The position numbers and the translations under genes were made by a program. This document shows, one piece after another, positions 16,082 to 22,348 of a stretch of DNA of 32,567 nt; positions within the stretch are counted from its first letter, which is position 1, and the number at the start of each line of letters is the position of its first letter. This DNA is from Verrucomicrobiota bacterium (lineage in GTDB: Bacteria > Verrucomicrobiota > Verrucomicrobiia > Chthoniobacterales > UBA10450). The stretch is taken from contig JBKPQI010000020.1 of the NCBI GenBank assembly GCA_046733975.1, forward strand, positions 1-32,567, written 5' to 3'. The notes below the pieces were generated by a model. The model saw only the letters and a program-made list of their open reading frames with translations, was not told the DNA's origin and did no database searches.

Positions 16082-17875
16082 ATGACAACCGGCGCCGGCA
16101 CGCTCACCATTGAAGAAACGTTGTTGGGGCCACAGGCGCTACCGCCGCCGCCAACGCGGCAGGCGCTCTTCGCGATTCTGATCGCGTTGGCGGCGTTGTT
16201 GCACCTTGGAACGATCGGTATCGGCGATCTCTACAGCGAGACCGAAGGTCAATACGCCGCAGCGGCGCGAGAAATGATTCAAACCGGGCAATATTTGCTG
16301 CCGACGAACGACAGTATTCCGCGTCTGCAAAAGCCGCCTTTGCTTTACTGGCTGATTATCGCCAGCTACAAACTATTTGGCGTCCACACCGCGGCCACGC
16401 GAATACCGATTGCGCTCGCGGTGGTAGCGACCGCGATATTCACCTTTTTGATCGGAGAACGACTGGCGGATTACTGGCGCGGATTCGCCGCCGGACTGAT
16501 TTACCTGACCCTGAGCGGGACATTCATTTTCGGTCGCATTGTCATGCCGGAGCCAGTTTTCAGTGCTTTTTTCGCCGGCGCGATCTACTGCGGGATTGCT
16601 GGCTTTCAACAGCGGCATCAACGACGAAGCTGGTTCGCCGGTTTTTGGATTTGCGCCGCACTCGCGTGTCTGACCAAAGGACCGCATGGGTTGATCCTTC
16701 CGGCAGCGACGTTCGCGGTTTTGAGCTTCTTTTATCGAGAGGCGCGCATCCGCTTCCGCTCGCTTTTATGGTGGCCATATTTCTTACTGTTTCTCGCCCT
16801 CATCGGCCCCTGGTACCTTTGGATCGAAATCCATTTCGACGGCGCATTTCATCAATTTGTTGCTGAAGAATGGACCAAACATTTGATTGGGCGTTATCCT
16901 AACGGGACGTGGTACGACGATGTGCCGCGATGGCAATTCACGGCTAGTCATGTGGCGTGGTGGTTTCCCTGGTCAGTGGTAATTCTGCCGGCGCTGGTCT
17001 TCTCCTGGCGACGGGTGATGCGGCCGCGGGAGATAAATTTTCAGGAAGCTCTGCCGGTAGCTTGGGCTTTAGTGGTGCTGGTACCGGTGCTGACAATTGG
17101 ACAGCGGCAGGACTATTACGCCCTGAGCATGTTCAGCGCTTTCGCCCTGTGGGCGGCAATGGTTTTTGAGCGCGCGTCTAATTCGCTGCGCACCGCCGGC
17201 GTCGCCATCGTTGCGATGGTCGGAGTGATCATCGCTGCCATCGCTGGGTTGTTACCGCGCTTGTTGCCTGTAAACGGACGCGACTGGGGCGAAACCGACT
17301 TTCGCTGGACGGCCTGGAAAGCATTGGCAGACATGCCGGGCAGTGTCTGGCTTCAATTCCGGCCGCTCCTCGGTCTCACCGCGATTGCGCTGCTGATCGG
17401 CGCGATCGCCACCGTCTATTTGCTGCGGCAGGGCCGCGAGAAGATCGCTGTTGTCGGGCTTGCCTGCGGAATGATTGTGGTCGGTCTTTGTATGGTCAGC
17501 GGGGTTGCGCGAATCGCGCCCTTTTTCTCTCTGGCTGATGCTGCGCGGTTCTTAAATGTTCGCCTGGGAACGAATGGCGAGGTCCTGTTCGAGGAATCTC
17601 CAGGTGTCGCCAGCAGTCTAGGGTTTTATCTCGACCGCAGGTTCGCGATGGTGAATCAAGAACCCGACCCACGGATTCCTCTCACGGCGGAGCAGCGCAA
17701 TCTTTTTCTCGACGAAAAAGCCGCTCTCGAGCATTGGCGTGTGCCGCGACCCGTATTTCTCATCATCGAACAAGACCGCGTCAGCTATTGGCGCGAATTA
17801 CTGAGGCAACATTTTCATGTGTATCACCAGGTGGCGACTTTCGGCACCTGCGTCATTCTTTCGAATCAGTTGTAG
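16082..17875 (+). CDS. ArnT/PMT-like polytopic membrane glycosyltransferase (GT39/GT83 type)
   Basis: 597 aa with many hydrophobic helices. N-terminal loop motifs ETEGQYAAAAREM and RLQKPPLLYWLI are typical of the 4-amino-4-deoxy-L-arabinose/dolichyl-phosphate-mannose transferase superfamily. Confidence 0.8.
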   Translation: MTTGAGTLTIEETLLGPQALPPPPTRQALFAILIALAALLHLGTIGIGDLYSETEGQYAAAAREMIQTGQYLLPTNDSIPRLQKPPLLYWLIIASYKLFGVHTAATRIPIALAVVATAIFTFLIGERLADYWRGFAAGLIYLTLSGTFIFGRIVMPEPVFSAFFAGAIYCGIAGFQQRHQRRSWFAGFWICAALACLTKGPHGLILPAATFAVLSFFYREARIRFRSLLWWPYFLLFLALIGPWYLWIEIHFDGAFHQFVAEEWTKHLIGRYPNGTWYDDVPRWQFTASHVAWWFPWSVVILPALVFSWRRVMRPREINFQEALPVAWALVVLVPVLTIGQRQDYYALSMFSAFALWAAMVFERASNSLRTAGVAIVAMVGVIIAAIAGLLPRLLPVNGRDWGETDFRWTAWKALADMPGSVWLQFRPLLGLTAIALLIGAIATVYLLRQGREKIAVVGLACGMIVVGLCMVSGVARIAPFFSLADAARFLNVRLGTNGEVLFEESPGVASSLGFYLDRRFAMVNQEPDPRIPLTAEQRNLFLDEKAALEHWRVPRPVFLIIEQDRVSYWRELLRQHFHVYHQVATFGTCVILSNQL

Positions 17876-17966
17876 CGTCGTTTGAAAAATCGCGGGCACA
17901 CGCTACTGTGCGGTCCCGTTTCGCCGTTTAACGCTTTAAGTTTTAAGATTTAGCTCTCATCATTCC

Positions 17967-18122
17967 ATGTCACAACATCGTAGTCTCAGAGGAGCCAGCA
18001 CCATTGCTGCCAAGCGCAACGTATTGAAACGGTTCGAGCGCGTTGACTTGCTCAAAAAGCGCGGTCAATGGAAGGAGACGAGCAAAGTAATTGGCCTGCC
18101 CAAGACGAAACCAGACGTGTAA
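17967..18122 (+). CDS. Small basic protein (51 aa), a family common in Planctomycetes/Verrucomicrobia annotations
   Basis: This ORF is not in the supplied track because it is under 60 aa. ATG at 17967 to TAA at 18120..18122 encodes MSQHRSLRGASTIAAKRNVLKRFERVDLLKKRGQWKETSKVIGLPKTKPDV. It resembles, from memory, the 'small basic protein' family (S/K-L-K...RHRNVL.R.ERI..L...G.W....LGLPK). It fills an otherwise empty 345-nt gap. Confidence 0.55.
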   Translation: MSQHRSLRGASTIAAKRNVLKRFERVDLLKKRGQWKETSKVIGLPKTKPDV

Positions 18123-18220
18123 TCAGAGACAGTGGTTGGTGACATGTGAGAAGTCACTGATAAAGACGGAAGTGGCGGCATACCGGTCAGCTTTCCCTAC
18201 TCATTTCTCCCTCTTCAACG

Positions 18221-18994
18221 TTGCGCTTAAACCGTTTCCTCGCCGCGACTGGTGTTGCATCCCGTCGCGGAGCGGACGAGCTAATCGCAGCCGGACGCGT
18301 GACGGTGAATGGAAAACCGTGCACGGATTTTCATTTTCAACCCAGCGCGACTGATCACATCAAAGTTGATGGCAAACTGATTCACCAACGTCCGCCGGTT
18401 TACCTGTTGCTGAACAAACCGCGCGGCTTCGTCTGCACGCGCCACGATCCCCACGCAAGGAATACAATCTATAATTTGCTGCCGGCGAAATTTTCTTCGC
18501 TGGCGTACATCGGCCGCCTCGACGCCCAAAGCGAAGGATTATTGTTGCTGAGCAATGATGGCGAATTGACACAGCGTCTGACGCATCCGCGTTTCAAAGT
18601 CGAAAAAGAATATAAAGTGGCGGTCGATCGCGCGGCGACTCCTGACCTGCCGCAGCGCCTACTGCTGGGCGTGGTGCTGGACGGAAAACGTGCCCGCGCT
18701 AAACGCGTTCAACAAATATCCTCCACCCGGCTGCACATTGTGCTCGAGCAAGGCATCAACCGGCAGATCCGCCGGATGCTTGAGCGGTTCGGATTTCGAG
18801 TGAAAACATTGAGGCGTATCCGGATAGGAAATTTATGGTTGGGCGATTTGGAACCAGGGCGTTGGCGAATGCTTTCGCCACGGGAAGTAAATTCGGTCGT
18901 CCCGAGCGTAAGCGCCAGTCCGGCTCGGACCGAGGGATCCCGCCGCCAAAGGGTTAAGCAACATCACGCGATCGCTCAACTGCGCTCGGGATGA
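18221..18994 (+). CDS. RsuA/RluB-family pseudouridine synthase (S4 domain + catalytic domain)
   Basis: It has a TTG start. The S4 domain is RLNRFLAATGVASRRGADELIAAGRVTVNGK. The catalytic motif is GRLDAQSEGLLLLSNDGEL, followed by KEY.V and NRQIRRM. The last 32 codons (VVPSVSASPARTEGS...AQLRSG) are encoded by repeat copy F. Confidence 0.88.
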   Translation: MRLNRFLAATGVASRRGADELIAAGRVTVNGKPCTDFHFQPSATDHIKVDGKLIHQRPPVYLLLNKPRGFVCTRHDPHARNTIYNLLPAKFSSLAYIGRLDAQSEGLLLLSNDGELTQRLTHPRFKVEKEYKVAVDRAATPDLPQRLLLGVVLDGKRARAKRVQQISSTRLHIVLEQGINRQIRRMLERFGFRVKTLRRIRIGNLWLGDLEPGRWRMLSPREVNSVVPSVSASPARTEGSRRQRVKQHHAIAQLRSG

Positions 18995-18995
18995 T
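18896..18995. repeat. Palindromic element copy F (full, with inserted 20-mer sub-motif)
   Basis: Arms are gtcgtcccgagcgtaagcgcc-agtccggctcggaccgaggg-atccc ... caactgcgctcgggatgat. It contains the pseudouridine synthase stop (18992..18994) and an overlapping ATG (18991). Confidence 0.8.
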
Positions 18996-19002
18996 AAAAA
19001 CG

Positions 19003-19800
19003 ATGAATCTCGACAACTGCAGCGCAGTGATCACCGGCGCCTCCGCAGGGATTGGCCGCGAATTGGCGCGACAGCTCGCCGCTCGTGCAAAAGTACTGAT
19101 TCTTGTCGCTCGCAGGCGCGATCGACTCGAGCAACTCCGTAACGAATTGCGCGCAGCGGGGCCCGAACTGCGGGTAGAGATTCGCGAAGCGGATCTTTCC
19201 AATCTCGAACAAACCATGCAGCTCAGCGCTTCACTTGCGAACCAACCAATCGATTTCCTGGTTAATAATGCCGGACTCGGTGACCACGGTTCTTTTGCCA
19301 CGGGGGATCCGACGCGGGTGAATGAGCAGGTGCAGGTAAATGTTCTGGCCTTAACTGCATTAACTCGCGCCTTGCTCCCACGCATGATCGCACAAAAACG
19401 CGGTGCGATCTTAAACGTCAGCTCCTCCGCTGGATTTCTTCCCCTGCCGGAGCTTGCCGTCTACGCGGCGACGAAGGCATACGTCACCAGTTTTTCGGAA
19501 GCTATTCGCGCCGAAACGCGCGGATTGGGAATCAGCGTAACCGCGCTGTGTCCAGGTCCAGTGCACACCGAGTTTGGGGAAATAGCAGACCGCGAACAAA
19601 AGAGTCGCAAAGTAAAGACTACCATTGCGCATGTGCCGGTTGAAACAGTCGCGAGGTCAGCATTAGCGGCCATCGAAAGTGATAGGGCTCTGGTGTTGCC
19701 GGGATTAATGATGAAACTTGGGATGACGATCGTCCGCGCCATGCCATTAGGAATGTTGCGCGCAGCATGGCGCTTCAGGGGAAAGACCAAAAGGGCGTGA
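19003..19800 (+). CDS. Short-chain dehydrogenase/reductase (SDR)
   Basis: MNLDNCSAVITGASAGIGRELARQLA carries the TGxxxGIG motif. Other SDR motifs are NNAG, the catalytic region SSSAGF...YAATKAYV, and PGPVHTEF. The ORF is open from an ATG at 18991 inside the repeat, but 19003 fits the usual SDR N-terminus better. Confidence 0.88.
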   Translation: MNLDNCSAVITGASAGIGRELARQLAARAKVLILVARRRDRLEQLRNELRAAGPELRVEIREADLSNLEQTMQLSASLANQPIDFLVNNAGLGDHGSFATGDPTRVNEQVQVNVLALTALTRALLPRMIAQKRGAILNVSSSAGFLPLPELAVYAATKAYVTSFSEAIRAETRGLGISVTALCPGPVHTEFGEIADREQKSRKVKTTIAHVPVETVARSALAAIESDRALVLPGLMMKLGMTIVRAMPLGMLRAAWRFRGKTKRA

Positions 19801-20091
19801 GGTGTGCGGCGAACGTTGCCCTTACATTATAGAAAACTCTGGACTTTAAGGTCGACAGCTTTGTGACTGGCCGTTAGACACACGGCGCTTCTCCAAGGGC
19901 CCCCTTGGGAGCGGCACTCGCCGCCGGAGGAGCATGTAACCACCCTTAACATCTGGTCCCGGAATTTCCCAGGCCTACACCTGATAACCATGCGTATATC
20001 TACAAAAAACCCTTGCTCCCCCTTTTCCCGCGCGAAACCGCGCGGGAGGGCGAGGGAATTTCGCAGCTGAGGGAGGACCTTCCTCTTCCTC

Positions 20092-20109
20092 GACGCGCAG
20101 AAGCGCGTC
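20092..20109. repeat. GC-rich hairpin motif gacgcgc-agaa-gcgcgtc (copy 1)
   Basis: It has a 7-bp stem and a 4-nt loop. The 17-mer acgcgcagaagcgcgtc is identical to the reverse complement of 21686..21702. It lies in a convergent intergenic region. Confidence 0.7.
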
Positions 20110-20146
20110 CCCCCGCGTAAATGGCTCGCGCGAGTTCGGAACACAA

Positions 20147-20599
20147 TCAAGAAAACGGAAATTTCTGATCGATCGCAGTCTTGTCCGGCATGATCCCAAT
20201 TTCGCCGGGCACATCGGGGATATAAACAAAAGCGTAACGACGTCTCGGCACGTGCCATCCTGTAGCCTCGTTGACGATTCCTTTCTTTCGCTTCTCAGCG
20301 TAATCGAAAAATTCGGAGGCCGGTTTCACCGCCCAGTTTGAATATTTCCCGATTTGGCTGAGAACGCAGCGCAAATCTCCCTCGCCCCACGGCGTGCCCG
20401 TCCGCTTGGTAAATGCGACATAGCGCGCTTTGCCATTAAAAAAACCAACGGTGATATCGAACCCTTCGCTCATGTCGCCGGTGAGAAAACCGAATGCTTC
20501 CTCGCCCTTGTCTACCATCCCCAGAAGATTCGACGCCATCGTCGCCTTCTCTCCAAAGTGCGTCTCGACTTCGTTCTTTGTCTGCAAGAGAATGTTCAT
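20147..20599 (-). CDS. Hypothetical protein (150 aa, no signal peptide)
   Basis: It is a clean ORF with non-repetitive, balanced composition and fills the gap. I recognised no family motif. It is divergent from the GNAT gene, with only 47 nt between them. Confidence 0.55.
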   Translation of the reverse strand: MNILLQTKNEVETHFGEKATMASNLLGMVDKGEEAFGFLTGDMSEGFDITVGFFNGKARYVAFTKRTGTPWGEGDLRCVLSQIGKYSNWAVKPASEFFDYAEKRKKGIVNEATGWHVPRRRYAFVYIPDVPGEIGIMPDKTAIDQKFPFS

Positions 20600-20646
20600 C
20601 CTGTTAGGCGAGCCTCCGACTTACACTAAAGAGTTTCGGCCTGCCA

Positions 20647-21234
20647 GTGTTGAATCGTATGGCTTTTGGTAACGCTGAATGCCCCGAGCTTAGCGTTCGT
20701 CCGCTCGACACCGCAGACTTCGGCGCCTTTATCTCCTACTTCACTCGTCCATCCCAAACCGATGCCGAGCGCATGGGACTCGATGTCGATCGGGTGCCGT
20801 CAGCGGCCCAGATGCGTTCCGAACTCAACGCCATGGTTCATGCGCCCCAAATTTCGAGTTTCGTCCTCGCCTGGTGTGTCGATGGCACAGCCATCGGACA
20901 TTCTTCGCTCAAAAACATCATAATCGGAGATTCCGGTAACATGCATCTCCACATGTGGCGCGCCGACTTGCGCGGCAAAGGTTATGGCGCGCGCCTGTTT
21001 TGCCTGTCCGCACTCGATTTTTACGAGCGATTCAATCTCAAGCGGATCATTTGCGAGCCCAAAGCCAACAATCCGCTGGCGAACCGAATGCTGAAGAAAA
21101 TCGGTTTTCCGCTCATCCTGACGCATGTGGCGGCGTCGTCAGAGATCAGTGTCGTTTGCGAACTAAATCGTTATGATATCCGCCGCGATATTGCTGAAGG
21201 CTATCTGGCTGGCACGCAAAATTCCGGTTTCTAG
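20647..21234 (+). CDS. GNAT-family N-acetyltransferase (RimJ/RimL-like)
   Basis: HMWRADLRGKGYGARLFCLSALDFYERFNLKRIICEPKANNPLANRMLKKIGF matches the acetyl-CoA binding R/Q-x-x-G-x-G/A segment and the Acetyltransf_3-like C-terminus. The start is GTG at 20647 or ATG at 20659. Confidence 0.8.
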   Translation: MLNRMAFGNAECPELSVRPLDTADFGAFISYFTRPSQTDAERMGLDVDRVPSAAQMRSELNAMVHAPQISSFVLAWCVDGTAIGHSSLKNIIIGDSGNMHLHMWRADLRGKGYGARLFCLSALDFYERFNLKRIICEPKANNPLANRMLKKIGFPLILTHVAASSEISVVCELNRYDIRRDIAEGYLAGTQNSGF

Positions 21235-21246
21235 CTTCCACGGTTC

Positions 21247-21324
21247 GTCATGTCGAGCAAAGCCGAGACATCTCTAAATCCAAGAAAAAGAGTTAGAGAT
21301 CCCTCGGCTGACGCTCGGGATGAC
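21247..21324. repeat. Palindromic element copy G (full, divergent arms)
   Basis: Arms are gtcatgtcgagcaaagccgagacatctct ... agagatccctcggctgacgctcgggatgac. It lies between the GNAT stop and the next gene's start. Confidence 0.8.
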
Positions 21325-21347
21325 AGCCAAGGAAGGGGATCGCTAAA

Positions 21348-21665
21348 ATGAAACGGTCCGCCAGAATATTCCTGACCTACACCCCGATCGCTCTGGTCTT
21401 GATATTGGATGTTTGGGCGTTCAGCACTGGAAGGTATGCCAGTGATCGGGACAGGGTCCTGCCATACTGGTTCGGTCTTTGCGCTTTTCTCTACATGCTG
21501 CCTGCAATTATCGCCTGTCACCGAGAGCATTCGCACTTTTTGGCGATCTGGCTGATCGACCTTCTCTTTACACCCCTATTCCTGGTCGGCTGGATCGTGG
21601 CGTTGATCTGGGCTTTCATCGATCGGAAACGCGCGAGTTGGGAGCAGTCACAATCGCGGTCATAG
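21348..21665 (+). CDS. Small membrane protein resembling T4 Imm-type superinfection immunity family
   Basis: 105 aa with three hydrophobic segments. YMLPAIIACHREHSHFLAIWLIDLLFTPLFLVGWIVALIWAF resembles the family pattern (lP..iA..R.h.n...I...N.l.GWT..GW..AL.WA) as I remember it. Confidence 0.55.
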   Translation: MKRSARIFLTYTPIALVLILDVWAFSTGRYASDRDRVLPYWFGLCAFLYMLPAIIACHREHSHFLAIWLIDLLFTPLFLVGWIVALIWAFIDRKRASWEQSQSRS

Positions 21666-21685
21666 ACCGCCGTTACAGTGCCAGC

Positions 21686-21702
21686 GACGCGCTTCTGCGC
21701 GT
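21686..21702. repeat. GC-rich hairpin motif gacgcgc-ttct-gcgcgt (copy 2, inverted)
   Basis: It is the reverse complement of the 17-mer at 20093..20109. A second hairpin, aggga-cagaagct-tccct, follows it. It lies in a convergent intergenic region. Confidence 0.7.
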
Positions 21703-21743
21703 TCCAGGGACAGAAGCTTCCCTCCGAGTTCAGTCGAGCTCGA

Positions 21744-22346
21744 TTATTTGTATTTAACCGAGCAGCCGTACGGACGCGTGTTGGCGGTCGATACTGCTTT
21801 ACCGTTCATCGATTCATCGAGCGCAACTTTCACGTAATTGGTTGAACTCGGAATGTCGGCTGGATTAGGCGAAGCTTTGCTGTCGATCGCACCTTGGTAA
21901 ATGATTTTGCCCTCGGGATTGATGACGAACATGTCCGGTGTGTTGTGGGCGTTGTAGGCGCGGCCGACTTTCCCTTCCGGATCAAGCAGCAGTGCCGTTT
22001 GCTTCGTGTTCCAATCTTTCATCACCTTCTGCGCTTGTTCTGGCGAAATGTTTCCCTCGAACCCCGGCGCATTGGAATCAATCGTCAGCCAGACGACCCC
22101 CTTACCGGTGTATTCGGCCTGCAATTTCTGCATGTTGCCGCTGCCGTAATGCTTTTTCACAAACGGGCATTCCGGATTAAACCACTCCAGCACTACATAT
22201 TTGCCTTTGTATTCGGAAAGGCTGTGAGTTTTTCCCGCCGCATCGGGAAGGCTAAATTCAGGGGCAGCGGCTCCGACCGCCGGTAAATCGGCGGCGAGAA
22301 GTGTGCTTGCTGTGAGTGAAATCAAGGCAAGAAGAAATGTTTTCAT
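21744..22346 (-). CDS. Secreted redoxin/thioredoxin-fold protein (AhpC/TSA-redoxin family)
   Basis: Signal peptide is MKTFLLALISLTASTLLAA. SLSEYKGKYVVLEWFNPECPFVKKHY has the typical redoxin layout with an active-site Cys. It lies 2 nt downstream of dsbD, so they are probably in one operon. Confidence 0.78.
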   Translation of the reverse strand: MKTFLLALISLTASTLLAADLPAVGAAAPEFSLPDAAGKTHSLSEYKGKYVVLEWFNPECPFVKKHYGSGNMQKLQAEYTGKGVVWLTIDSNAPGFEGNISPEQAQKVMKDWNTKQTALLLDPEGKVGRAYNAHNTPDMFVINPEGKIIYQGAIDSKASPNPADIPSSTNYVKVALDESMNGKAVSTANTRPYGCSVKYK

Positions 22347-22348
22347 AT

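Noticed and set aside
19827-20258. 143-aa minus-strand ORF in the long convergent spacer
   Set aside because: It is Arg/Cys-rich, translated through GC hairpin repeats, and overlaps the 3' end of the 150-aa gene. I treated it as non-coding structured DNA instead.
21210-21225. TGGCAC string resembling a sigma-54 -24 element upstream of the Imm-like gene
   Set aside because: The required TTGC at the -12 position is absent (the sequence is tggcac-gcaaa-attcc), and it lies inside the GNAT coding sequence.
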